The position numbers were made by a program, and so were the translations under genes. A stretch of 64,000 bases of DNA from Takakia lepidozioides (Eukaryota > Plantae > Bryophyta): NCBI GenBank assembly GCA_030704615.1, contig CM060734.1, positions 6,324,001 through 6,388,000 on the forward strand, written 5' to 3'. A model generated the notes under the pieces. The model saw only the letters and a program-made list of their open reading frames with translations. It did not search any database and was not told the DNA's origin. Of this stretch, positions 24,298 to 37,226 are shown piece by piece; the first letter of the stretch is position 1, and every line of letters starts with the position of its first letter.

Positions 24298-25354
24298 AAG
24301 CTGTGTCGGGCTGTGACTGGTTGTGCGAAGCTGTGTCGGGCTGTGTCAGACTGTGTCTGGCTGTGATAGACTGTGACAGGCTGTGTAAAGCTGTGTCGGG
24401 CTGTGACTGGCTGTGCGAAGCTGTGTCGGCTGTGTTAGACTGTGTCTGGCTGTGATAGACTGTGATGGGCTGTGTAAAGCTGTGTCGGGCTGTGACTGGC
24501 TGTGCGAAGCTGTGTCGGGCTATGTCTGGCTGTGATAGACTGTGACAAGCTGTCTACCCCCCCTAAAGCTTGCGCCTGCCACCCCTAAGGCTCCTGTTGG
24601 TCTCAGTCTACCATTCATAAGTCTGCGCAAAAATTAAGGGTACCCCACAGAACCCGTAAAAGCGTCTAAGTCCCAAGCAGCCCTCTAACAACACCACCTG
24701 TGGAAAATTTATCTATTCCAGGAACGAACTCAAATGAAAAGTCACCAAGCAAGTCTATGCCAATGTGGTGTTCTAAGTACAGCCACCAGTATGGGTCCAG
24801 ATCTGTCTCTAAAGAAAAATGACTTCCCAATAGTCTCTCCTTGAAATGCCAAAGACCCCATACACATGCATAGTACTCTTCTCTCTTGCAAATCATTTCC
24901 CCTCTCTCACTGCTATACCCCACTTGCCTATGAGCCTCTTCTCTCAACTCTTCTTTACCCTCTTTATATTGAAATAGAGAAGCATTGATAGCACCCCTGT
25001 CCCACTCTAGTTTAAGAAGATAGGCTCCATCCCTCTTTCTCCCCTCCCTTTTTTGACTGTATAGAGAAGTAGAGTATACCTCGAGCTCCTCGGTTTCCTC
25101 CGCTGGTCCCACTAGATACCTGCTTAGCGCATCTACGTTAGCATGCCTAGCACCCGCCCTATGAACAATCTTAAACTCAAAATCTTGTAACATCATGATC
25201 CATCTACCCTTGCATCCATATGCGTCACTTACCGTTGCCAACCACTCCAGTGGTTTGTGATCAGTTCTGATTATAAAAGGGGTTCTATATAGGTACTGCC
25301 TAAAGTGTAATACTTCCCACACCAAGGCATAGCATTCACCCTCCATAGGGTGAT
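24298..25354 (-). other. 1057-bp inversion spanning element A pol, the TSD and the start of element B's 5' LTR
   Basis: Re-inverting restores ...SDAQRK-Y-HPMEGECY with no loss and restores LTR B (TGTTAGAGGG read from 24690), with ~8 bp lost relative to the 3' LTR. Confidence 0.92.
24691..25354 (-). pseudogene. Element A RNase H C-terminal half plus a second degenerate RNase H-like domain (inverted)
   Basis: HPMEGECYALVW..RTDHKPLEWL..HANVDALSR, followed by YLLKLEWDRGAINASLFQ..RQVGYSS..EEYYACVWGLWHFKERLLGSHFSLETD. Confidence 0.8.
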
Positions 25355-26023
25355 CAGCCACAGCTCGGCACAGCTTGACACAGCCTGTCACAGTGTACAT
25401 GGGGAACAGTTATCATTGACAGGGAACGACTGTGTGGGAACGACATCTGCAGAGGGAACGCGTTACTTCAGGGGTGACGGTTAGTTAGTTAGGTGGTTAG
25501 AACAGCTTGCGGGTAAATTAGGCAGGGCGGCAACAGGAAGAGGATCACTTCTTGAGGAGGGCGACTTGTTCAGGATAGGAGGAGACTTAACGGAGAATGG
25601 AAACACTGAAGAGAAGATGATGACTTGATTGAGGCTTAATTCATGCAAGCTGTAAAATTATACAGTAGGGTAGATTAGGGACACCATGGCATAGGCATGA
25701 TACATGATTAATCTTAATCCAATACTGAATCGATACAAACATACTGTGTAGAGAGACATGAGAGAAGCTGTGGAATGAATGCATGATTAATTGGAACTTA
25801 GTAGATACTGAAGCAATCTGATGCTTCAGTATACACGGTAAGGTAAATTAATAACATGAAGGCAAGAAGGAATACAAATAGGAAGCACAACCATGATTCA
25901 CTAGCTGTAGGTCATGACTGATTGTTCTGAGCGGGCTGAGTGCTTAGAGATATCCAACTCTTCTATCTTGGAGTTTCCACCTCGGATAGCGAAGGGATGG
26001 GTGAATAAAAGTCGCTCGACATT

Positions 26024-26041
26024 TGGCGACCATACTGGGGA
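26024..26041 (+). promoter_or_regulatory. PBS of element B
   Basis: TGGCGACCATACTGGGGA, 2 nt after the LTR end; resembles the Arg-tRNA-type PBS of OTA elements. Confidence 0.75.
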
Positions 26042-26519
26042 ACTGGGTCATGAACAACCAGATGTGACAGGCATCTGGTGGGATCATGGTGGTTGGAGAA
26101 TTAAAGAATTTGATGTGAATCAAATTCCCTGTGGAACTGAGAAGGAAAGATTGTCCAAACAATTCTTTCAGAGGTTCTTGGAATTGCCAGACGGTTGTAA
26201 AGAAAACATTCTTAAGAGAGTGCATGATGCTGACCCTGAGTGGGGTCTGGAGAAAGGAGTGATAAAGATTTATCAGGTGGCCTATAGAGGAAGAGCTCGT
26301 TGGTTACCAACATTGGTTTATGTGATAGCATTGCTATCCATTAAGCGAGTAGAGTTTGAAGGCTGGGAGGAAAGGAAGGTGAATGTTTATACTCATATGC
26401 ATGAGGAGCTTATACTGGTAAAGAATTGGATTCCAAAGGATATTTTGTGGATCAAACTCACACCAAAAATAGCTTTTCAGACTTGTTTGCCATATGGTTA
26501 TAGTAACGGAGACTTCTAG
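26042..26519 (+). CDS. Extra ORF upstream of gag in element B (unknown)
   Basis: Open frame of ~155 codons between PBS and gag; start codon unclear. Confidence 0.35.
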
Positions 26520-26627
26520 TATAGCCAAGGGTGCATTGAAGCTTGAAAGAAACCCAGGCATATACAAGAGATACTACAGAAGAGAGTTTTGGTTATTGCC
26601 ACATTAAAGAAATGAAAGACATGGGAC

Positions 26628-29600
26628 ATGAGTGATGAAAGAGAAGCTAGACTCCAGAGATATTCAGCAAAAAGAGAAAGTTATCTGAAAGCTAATTATC
26701 CATATCTTTGGGAGAGAGGAATAGACATAGGGGAATCATCTGGACCTCTCACACCATTAAGATCACAGAGTACATCACCCATAATGGAAGAACTAGAGTT
26801 GGATGCCACTCCTTCTTTTTCTTTGCAAGAAAGATTAAGGGAATTGGTACAGGAAGAAGATCAACCACGAGGTGAAAGATCTGAGGTACATCCCTGGACA
26901 AAATATTTGACAAAAATCTTTGATAAGAGTTGGCATGGAACACCAAAAGCAGGAACTCCAATTTCTGAAACAGAAGATCAAGAAGGAGGAGAGGATGTGG
27001 CAGAGCTAACGGAGAGTTCAAACTCTCCAACACCATTGCAATTGAGTTACATGAGTGAAGAAGAAGAAACCCAAGGGCAGAACTTGGAAGATGAAAACAG
27101 GGAGAAGAAATTGGAAGATGAAGAGTATGAAAAAGTAGACCCAACAACTGAGGTTGAGACTACAACCAGGACATCCCAACCCGTTGGACCTGGATCAAGT
27201 GGAGCACTTGGATCACAGGCCAACGAAGGTGTCGGCTCAGGGGGATCAGGCGGGCAGCCTGGATCTGGCTCTGGGGGGACAGGGAGTGTGGGAAGTAGTG
27301 CAACTGGAGCTGGGAATACTGTGAATATAGTGGGGCCAATAGCAGGGAGTGCTCAGGGGCCAGCACTTGGTGGAAGTTCCACCACAACTACCACATGTCC
27401 TCAAGGACCAGCACCAGCAAGGGGGCCAGCACCTGTCAGTGGGCAGGGGTAGGGCCACAGATGGCGTTACAACCAACACGGGCAAAATCACCTTTTCCAA
27501 TATATTCAGGAAAAGGGGATCCTGATGTACACATTAGCCAATTTGAGCACATGTGTATTGTGAACAATGAGAATGGCGATGATGCCAAGATGAGACTGTT
27601 TCCTTGTTCACTTATAAAGAAAGCAAGTGAATGGTATGCAAGATTCCCTGATAATCATTTCCTAACCTGGAATGGCTTGAATACAACATTCCGAAATAGG
27701 TTCAAGACAAGTAAAACTGAGGATGAAGTGTATGGAAGTTTACAACAGTTAAAGCAAAAGAAGCATGAAACTATTGAGGAGTATATGGAAAAGATGGAAT
27801 TGATAATGAAAAAGTTGGTTGCTGTACCAGCACCAGGTTTACAGAAGACTTGGTTTGTGAGTGGACTGAGACCAGAGTTGCAAAAGAAAGTGGATATGTT
27901 ACCCCATAATACAGTGGAGGAGGCATTTGAAACAGCGAACAAAATTGAGCAATTGGAAATGCTCAGGAGAGAGAAAATGGATGATGAGGACTCTGAGGAT
28001 GAGTCAGATGAGGAAGAAGAGCAAGAGCTTAAGAGGAAGAGTAAGAGGAAGGAAAAGTTGAAGAGGGATAACTATGAGAAAAGAAGAAATCTTGAAGAAG
28101 TATGCCACAGAGGCTGCAACACATTGGAGGAAGGGTGTTTGGTGTGCAAAATGCCAGAATGAAGGCCATACCACCACTGAATGCCACATGAAGGAGAAAC
28201 ACTGTACTATCTGTAAAATGGATACCCATTCTACTGAGAATTGTTACTACAACAGAAGGACAGCTACAAGAGAACCTAGGCAAGTAAGGGTGCATCAAGT
28301 GCAGCCCCAGCCAAGAAGAAACAGTGATCGGGACCACTATGGTAGGCTTGGTGGTTATAACAATGGCATGGAAGGGAGAGGTAATCCAAGAGGGAATTAC
28401 CAAGGAAATTCCAGAGGCAACTATCAGGGTAATCCAAGGGGGAATTACCATCCAGGGAATCAGGATTACAGAAACAATCCCAAAACAAACCAAGGGCGAG
28501 GACCTAATGAGGAAGAACTTTGTTACTATTGTAATCAAGCAAGACATCGCAAGGCAGCCTGTCCATTCTGGATCAGACACCAGAATGAGATGAGAGCTCC
28601 TGTGAATGAGGGGCCAGTGGTGGCAGCTCACATGGTTAGGCCATGTGTTGTACCAGAAGTAAGTACAATGATAGTAACCATAAGCAAAGCTAAATTAATA
28701 CCTCCAGTAGATGAGGAAGGTGATGATAATGAAGATGGCAGTGATGTGCCTGAAAATGATGAGGCTTGGAGAGATGAGAAGGAACTGCACAAGGAAGTGA
28801 CAGATACCATAAGGGAAATGCAGAAGAGTATTGATATTCTTATGGCAGATCCCTCTGATTCTGAAAGAGAAGAAGAAGTGAGTGAGGATGAAGGGAAGAA
28901 AGAAGCTGCAGAAATGCAGAGTAATGAAGGGACTTTGTCTGAAGTAATATGCCAGTTCAAAGCGGAGATTACTATTGGACAGCTATTGGCTGTGGCACCT
29001 TATTGTAGGCACAGGCTGTATCAAGCAATCAATCAGATTGCCCATGTGACAGGGAACACAGACCTGAACAGCAAGGTGACCAGTTATAATGTGAAGCCGG
29101 AAGGGCGAGAAACAATCATGGACTTTGATGATTCTATGCCAGTAATCCAATTGAGAATTGGAAGCACAGAACTAACTGATGTACTGATAGATGGAGGCTC
29201 TGGAGTGAATATCATGACAGACCAATTAAGGCAGAAGCTTGGTCTAAGTAACATGAAACCAGCCCCATTTACAGTAACAATGGCAGATCAAATAAGTGTT
29301 CAGCCATTGGGATTGATAAGAGGAGTTAAGATACACATTCAAAAGATGATCTTTAAGATCACAGTAACTGTGTTGAAAATGGATGAAGTCATGGAAGCTT
29401 ACTCCTTATTGTTGGGTCGATCGTGGCTGAAACAGGCCAAGGTATTCCATGACTGGAATTCCCAGTTACTAACTGTGCATGATGGGATGCACAAGATACA
29501 AATCACCACTAAGAAATCTAGTAGACTACCTAATACGAGAAGACCTCGAGGGGTCAGGGAGTATGACTAGAGGGGAGGACTTGATGAGGAGCAGGAAGCT

Positions 29601-32600
29601 ACCCTGTTCGCTGCACACCCAGAGTGGGAGCAGGTTGCAGAGATGCAACTGGAAGGCCTAAGTTGTTTAAAAGGTATCTGTTGTGGTGTAGTGACAACAA
29701 CACCAATTGAGGGTGAAACAAGCAGTTACCCACCACATTTCTATGAAGAAAAAGAGGGAGAAATGGAAATCCTAGAGGAACCAACCACTGTGAGTTTACA
29801 GGATGAAGTGGTGACTGGTTGGACAATCACAGCTGATGAGCAGGTGAGAGAAGTGAATGTGGAAACTGAAGAGGAACCGAGGATGGTGAAGGTAGGGGCT
29901 GATTTGGAGCCAGAATTCTTTGAGGAAGCTAAGAGTCAGTTCATCAAATACAGAGATGTATTTGCTTGGAGCTACGAGGATCTGAAAGGGATACCACCTG
30001 AGATCTGTCAGCATAAGATTGAACTGGAACCAGGGTCAGTACCAATCAAACAAGCAAGGTACAGAATGAATCCCAACTATGCACAGAAGGTTGGGGAAGA
30101 GATCAAGAAGTTGGCTGAGGCTAAGTTTATATACCCGATAGAGTATACAACTTGGTTGTCACCCATTGTGATAGTTCCCAAGAAGAATGGTAAACTGAGA
30201 GTTTGTGTGAACTATAAGAAGTTGAATGCTTGTACGAAGAAAGATCCTTTCCCTTTGCCATTCACAGAAGCGGTATTGGACACTGTGGCAGGCCATGAGA
30301 TGTACTCATTCATGGATGGCTTCAATGGTTATAATCAAGTGCAAGTGGCAGAAGAAGACCAGGGAAAGATAGCTTTCATCACAGACTGGGGTGCTTATGC
30401 ATACAAAGTCATGCCTTTTGGACTTTGTAATGCACCAGCAACCTTTCAGAGAGTGATAAGTGAATCTTTTCATGAGTATCTGGATGATTTCATATAGGTG
30501 TTCTTGGATGATTTCACTGTGTACAGCTCTAAGAATGAGCACTTGTATAAATTGGAGTTATGTTTGGCCAGATGCAGGATGAGAGGTCTGGGCCTGAATC
30601 CAGAGAAGTGTACTTTTTGTGTGAACTCAGGGGTGCTTTTGGGACACATTGTGTGTAAGAGGGGACTTCATGTGGATCCCAGAAAGATAGAGGCCATTAA
30701 AGCCTCTCCACCACCAGTAAATGTTAAGAGTCTAAGGAGATTCCTTGAACAAACCAGTTATTACAGAAGATTTGTCAGACGGTATGCAAAGATAGCAGCA
30801 CCATTGAGCAAGCTTCTGAAGAAAGATGCAGTGTTTGCATGGACAGCTGAATGTCAACAGGCTTTTGAGGAACTTACATTGTCAGTAACAACTACACCTG
30901 TGCTGATTAACCCTCACTAGCATGTAGTATTTCATGTTCACCGTGATGCCTCAGGAGAAGCGTTGGGAGCAGTGTTAGCCCAAAATGTTACAGGAAACAT
31001 AGATTCACCTGTGTACTATGCTAGCAGGTTGATGAACAGTGCTAAAAGGAACTATAGCACAACTGAAAGAGAAGCACTGGCAATGATTTATGCAGTCAAG
31101 AAATTCAAACATTACCTATTGGGAAGGAAGTTTATGTTTCATGTGGATCATCAGGCTCTGATTTATTTGGTGAACAAGCCTTTGATAAGTGGAAGGATAG
31201 CAAGGTGGTTAATAATCTTGCACGAGTTTGAGTTCGAAGTTGTTTACAAGCCTGGCCATTTGCATCTTGTGGCAGATCACTTGTCACAGGAGAGCCCGCT
31301 ACAGGAGTAGACGACCAACTACCTGATGCGAGTTTGTTTGCAGTGGAGGTGCAGGGAAGTACAGATGACTGGTTAGATTGGCAGTGGCCAATCAGATACT
31401 ACCTTACTCATGGTCAGTGCCCACCTAGTTATGGAAAGGAGCAGAGGAAGAGAATCGCTATCAAGGCTTTACCTTATACTATGGTAGGGGGCAGAATGTA
31501 TAAGCTAGGACCTGATGGAGTACTTAAACGATGCTTGTACCACCATGAAGTAAATAAAGTTTTGGAGGAAGTTCATAAAGGAGTGGCTGGAGGTCATTTT
31601 GGAAAAGAGACTACCAGTAGAAAGATACTACTTGCAGGTTACTGGTGGTCTACTTTGTTCAAGGATGTACACAAGTATTGTAAGAGTTGTGATGAGTGTC
31701 AGAGGCTAGGACCATTGCAGAAATCTGGGAAGATGGCTTTGCATCCTACGATGCCTATTGAACCATTTCAGAAATGGGGACTAGACTTTGTTGGACCAAT
31801 TAACCCACCAGCCAAGAATACACAGAACAAGTATATAATCACAGCCACTGATTATACTACAAAGTGGGTGGAAGCTAAAGCTCTGAGGGACAACACAGCT
31901 AAGTCCACAGCAAGGTTCCTGTATGAGAACATACTTTACAAGATTTGGCTGTCCCTTGGAATTTATCAATGACAAGGGAAGTCACTTCATTAATGAGACC
32001 ATAGAACTATTGACTAAAGAGTTCATGATTGTGCATAGGAAGAGTACAACTTATTACCCACAGGGTAATGGGCAGGCAGAGGCTACCAACAAAATACTAT
32101 GTACTATCTTGGCTAAGATAGTCAATGCAAACAAAACAGATTGGGATACAAAGTTGTTGACGGCTTTGTGGTCATACAGGACTTCATATAAAATCACCAC
32201 TAAGTATACACCATTCCAATTAGTTTATGGTATAGAAGCTTTACTTCCAGTGGAGTTCTTGTTACCTACCATGAGAACGGAATGGGGAAGGAGAATGGAA
32301 TTGGAAGATTCAATTAAGGTCAGGAAACATGAATTATATCATGTGGAAGAAGTACGTGCTGATGCAGCAGATAACATGACCAGAATTCAGATTAAGAGGA
32401 AGGATCAATTTGATGAAGGTAAACTGAAAACTTTTAAGACGGGTGATTTGGTTCTGTGGTTGCAGAAGAAGGGGAAGATTAAGGCTTAGCTTAAATCACC
32501 ATGGAAAGGACCTTATGTCATACATAAGATGTATGATAACAATACCGCCATGTTACAAACCATTAACAAAGAGATGTTGGGAAGAGTCAATGCCAATAAG

Positions 32601-32630
32601 TTGAAAGGATACAGTGGTATTCACGATAAA
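26628..32630 (+). pseudogene. Element B gag-pol (gag, three Zn knuckles, PR, RT, RH, IN) with stops and frameshifts
   Basis: YSGKGDPDVHISQF; CAKCQNEGHTTTEC; LIDGGSGVNIM; YRMNPNYAQKV; MPFGLCNAPATFQR; FLDDF; NYSTTEREALAM; [14 protein letters not shown]; WGLDFVGP; PQGNGQAE. Confidence 0.95.
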
Positions 32631-32756
32631 CCATTGCAACACGATTTGCATACTGAAACATAGACACAGCCACGGGCTGCACCGGTAATACCAATGGAGC
32701 ATGAAGCACTTGTCGTAAAGCCGAATGTGTATGGCCTGAGCGGAGAACACGGGTGT

Positions 32757-32880
32757 TCGCACAGTTATCACAGCCCACCACAACATCGCACAGCCTATCA
32801 CAGCCCATCACAGTGTCACACAGCCTATCACAGTCCACCACAGTTAGACACAGCCTGTCACAGCCTTATACAGTCCATAG
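32757..32880 (+). repeat. 10-bp-period CACAG minisatellite between pol and the extra ORF of element B
   Basis: About 12 units of the form (T/C)CACAGCC(C/T)A. Confidence 0.85.
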
Positions 32881-33636
32881 GGTCAGTGACAGGTGGACGC
32901 GGGTTAACATCAGAAAAATGGCCGTCAAGTGAAAGAGAAGTTTGGAAGTCAAACTCGGAGAATGTGCCACGCAAACAGGGGAAGTCGGAGGCATGTCTAA
33001 AAACGAACACGTGGTCACTAGGGCGAAGCACACCGCTGTGCATAAATTGCAGAAGTGGGTATCATCATGCAAGAGAACAAATTGGGCCGTCAAAGTACCT
33101 ACCCGGTACATCAGCCAAAACTATTTGTGGGCCCATTAATGCATTCGGGGAAGGGGTAACGGAACCCTTTCCGAGTACAGAAAAGAGGAATTTTACCACA
33201 TGTGCTGTCCTACTGGACATTCCAGGTGGGAATGTCCACGAAGGGGGGTAGAATAAAAAAGTTACCTATGCAGGCAACAACAAATCAAGAGTGAGAATTT
33301 CATGCGGGTGGTTCCTTCCAAGAAACAAGAACAAGAAATCGGAAGAGTTATGAGCGGAAGAGTCGGGGTGGCTCCGAATAGCCCGTGTCTCGACGGGAGG
33401 GGCAATCAAAGCTATAGCTTTGTAGCTATGGCGGATATAACAGATTACACGCTCGCTTTACTACTCACGCAGTGGCGCAAGGACGAACGAATTGAGAGTA
33501 CATTCTCTCTCACTCGATACTTGCAAGCCCCACAGGTTTACACGCTCTTACCTTCTGTGCCAACCATACCTTTATGCTCTGTGCCCTGCAAGCTTTTCTT
33601 CAGCTGTTTCAAACAAGGCCTTTTTGTTTGTCTAGA

Positions 33637-36600
33637 ATGAAGAGAGTGAGGGGAATGGAGGATATCAGGGTGAAGAGCACCACGATACTGCAGAAGCAAA
33701 CAATTGCTACACCGCAGGCAGTGCAGCTGCTGAGGGAGTTGCAATTGGAGGGGCTGCTACGCAAGGACTAGTCCTTGCATCATCGGCAGTATATGCTTCA
33801 ATTTCTTCAGAACTTTGAGCCTAGAATGGGAGTAACCCAGGCGAGGGGAGTAGATATAGAAATTACTCCCCAGTACCTGCAGCAATTGTTCGAATTGCCA
33901 TCGGGTCATGTGGATGTGGATGAGCACAGGGCAAGATTGCAGATAGGGAATCTGTTCCAAGAAGGGAGTTTCTTTAAGACTCAAGGTTACGCTTGCACCA
34001 AAGCCGAGTACCCAGGGCTCAGAGATGTTGGCCAAACACTGAACGTTCTGTTTGCCATGAAACAGAACCAACAGTATTTGAGCAGGTCATTCACAGAGGA
34101 GATACTGAAAGCCTTACGAGGAGAGGATGTAGCTTGGGCAGAGTTAATGTACAATGGTCTGGTGGAAGAGATGAAGAGGTTACAGGGCACTGCTGCTAAG
34201 TCTCCGATCATCGTGTCTGGCCCAGTCATTGCTCAGATTATTCTTGACTCTTGCATACTTGATGCGCGAGAACGTAAGGAGATGGGAGTGTTTGAGGCAG
34301 CAACCACTGCAATGGAGGAGCAGGGTTCTTCACATAGTGAGGGTGGACTGGTAGAGCAACTCCAGTCTAAGAGACAGAAGAGGGGTATGACTGTAGTGGC
34401 GGATCCACTGGCTTCAAGAAAGCCGCAAGATGATGTTTCCCAAGCTCTTGTGCAGGATGGGGCACAGCAGCACAGAGGGCTGTTATTACTAAAAGCACGA
34501 CCTTTGGAGAGGGAAGAAGAAGTCACTTTGGTACCACAGCCATCACAACCAATTGAATCGGTTGTCTCAGAGGTACCTCAGTTAGTACATGCTGTTCCAC
34601 CAGAGCCTATTGCTCTGGAAAAAGAAGGGTTGGACATTCCCACTACAGAGCAGGTCGTGGCAGAAATTGAGAAGGGTGACCTTCTCTATGAAAACTCTGG
34701 CTTGGTCAGGGAATCAGTGGTACCAGAGGTGCAGAGTCTGTCCAGGGAAATCCCTGCTGTGCATGTAATACCCACACCTGTGACGGAGGTACAAGTGGTA
34801 GAATATAAGGACACTGCAGCACCTGTGGAGGATGAGGTGGTTCAAGAAGAGGATCTGGTGGGGCAATGGCCTGAATGGTTGGTGAAGCATCACACTGTGG
34901 AGGATCAGGGAGAACAGCAGCAAGTTCACCATGATGACCCCCAGCACGCCATGCTTATGAGTTCCATAAGCAGGACACTCAATTTGTTGGGCACTTATGT
35001 GAAATCCCATGTTCCATCTACCCAATTGGCAGCTTTGAGGGAGGAACTCGGGAAGGAGTTTGAGACTCGAATTGCCACTGAGTGTGCTAACAAGGTAGAT
35101 GAGGAGATCAATCTCAAGTTACAACAAGAGTTGGAGGACACAAAGGCTGCCTTGCAATTGGCTAAGAGACATTTGTTTGAAGCAGGTCTCGAGCAGGACC
35201 AGTTGCATGAAGCACATAAGCAACAGTTATACCAATTGCAGGTGAAGCATGAGGGCAAGTTGCAAGAAGTGAACGTACTACATACAGAGTTGGAGGCAGT
35301 ACATCAGAGGATGACCATACAATGTGCTACACTAACAACTACTCTAGAGCAAACTGCATTAGAAGTTAACAGACAAGGGGAGAGATGTATGATGGCAGAA
35401 GCTGAGATAATAGAGCAAGGGAAACTCATTGTTGATTTGCAGGCTACAATCTGTTGCAATGAGAATACTTTCCAATAGTACAGACAGGTTGAGGCTGACC
35501 AGGAGAGGTACATCCTGGAGTTGCAAAAAACAGTCATGGTCAAAAGAAATGAACTATCTGTGGCTAACAAGGCTTGGAAGGAAGCCAATAATCTGGCTGT
35601 TGCCTATGCGGGCCTGGTTGAACCTCATGCGAAGCGCATGGAGGCTTTACAGCAACAGTTAGATGTGTACAGACTCACGGAGGAGCAGACTCTCAGGGGT
35701 GCCACACAGGACTTGGTGGATAACCACCTCATGCAGGTCTGGTTAGCCCAAGGGCCGGTAGAAGGCAAAGCACCAAGGAAGCTCACCCAGGGCGAGATGA
35801 ATGAGCTCAGATTGCAGGTGCAAAACATTGCCACAACTACTATAGACAATGTCTATAGTAGGATAGCGGAGCTACAGGAGGATGTGGAAGGCCTGCAGAC
35901 TCAAGTGGATGACTTGAGTTCAAATATTGACAAGAGAATCTTTGTTCCTGAGGAGCAGCTGATGGCTACTTATTTACATGCCAAGACTCTAATTTTTTTG
36001 TCTTCTTCGCAGGGGGTACAGGAGATGCCAGTGGTAGAAGGGCCAGTGGTACCAATACCACAGCAGGTGCCTGTGCAGGTAGCTGACCCTGTTGCTACTA
36101 CAGCAAAACCACAGCCTGAGGTATGGGGGATGCTGCTTTTAAGCCACCTATGACTCCTGCTGCACGGGAGTACAGTCGGGCTATGATTATGCCCTTCAAC
36201 CAAATTCCCATTGTGCTGGATTTGGCTTGGAAGGATTTAGTCCTCCGCAGTCGTTGGCACATTACTACCAGATCATGCGCATTTGGTTGCCAGTGACAAC
36301 TCGGACTAAGGTTCTTCCGAACAATCGACCCATTGAGGATCATCACTTTGCAAGGTACTGGTCTGAGACAGGTACCAGGCTGAAGGATAATTGCCTTCCA
36401 GGTTGTACATGGGTACATCTATACCAAGACTAAGGAGGTATCTAGTATTGTCATGGGCTGTGGATTATACTATGTTGCTTGTTTTATGGCACGTTATTAC
36501 ATTGAACAGCAGAAGATGCAATCACGATTTCTGAGTTATTCTAGTGGGGATCAATAGGTCTTACCTTCAGTGCCACCTCATATGTACATGTATGATGCAA

Positions 36601-37131
36601 AAGTTATGATGCAGAAGGATTCCCAACTTCGTTCATGGTTTAATTCGGCTTGGAACAATTTGGCAACAGAGAAATTCGGCCTTGATGATATTTTCTTTAG
36701 GGACATGAAGCCTGGAAATACTTACACTGTTCCAAAGTCATTGGCACACCTCTCACCTATACGGCCAAGGAGTTCAGGGCGTTCACTATTTTGCTTGCAA
36801 GCGCTTACAGCAAGTCGTACAGTTTAAACTTCCAGACATGGTGGGCCCACATTGTATGCCACGCAGGATTCCCGAGAAGCCACTTAAAGTTCGGCCGTTA
36901 AAACACCTAAGGGGGGATGAGGATTCTGATACTATTGGTTCTTCAAAGGACTCTTTTGACATGGCAGAGGACTATGCACTTCAAATGGCAGAGAAGAAAC
37001 GACGGGGATCTCCTATGCCTAAGAGGTTACCTCGTTATCAGCCAAAGGAGGGTCAGACATTTCTAGGTAGTGCTCAATCGCCTCCATCAGCCAGTGACAG
37101 GACTCGGGCTCGCACATGGAGTCCTTCATGA
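33637..37131 (+). pseudogene. Large extra ORF of element B (plant mobile/'transposon protein'-like N-terminal domain, acidic linker, long coiled coil)
   Basis: One frame from 33637 to 36153 with two internal stops, then a fragmented continuation. Motif MLQFLQNF...RGVDIEITPQYLQQLFELPSG; heptad-rich region ~34990-35930. Confidence 0.7.
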
Positions 37132-37209
37132 GACTCTCACCAATAGAAGGGTGCTCGCTCACAAAGGTTTGCTGATCCCAAATAGTAAACCGTGAGGACA
37201 CAGCTTTTT

Positions 37210-37223
37210 GAGAGGGGGAGGGG
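37210..37223 (+). promoter_or_regulatory. Polypurine tract of element B
   Basis: GAGAGGGGGAGGGG, 3 nt before the TG of the 3' LTR. Confidence 0.9.
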
Positions 37224-37226
37224 TAA

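Noticed and set aside
36184-36560. Ulp1-like protease suggested by GCGLYYVACFM in element B's extra ORF
   Set aside because: No convincing His/Asp/Gln catalytic motifs upstream, and the frame is uncertain.
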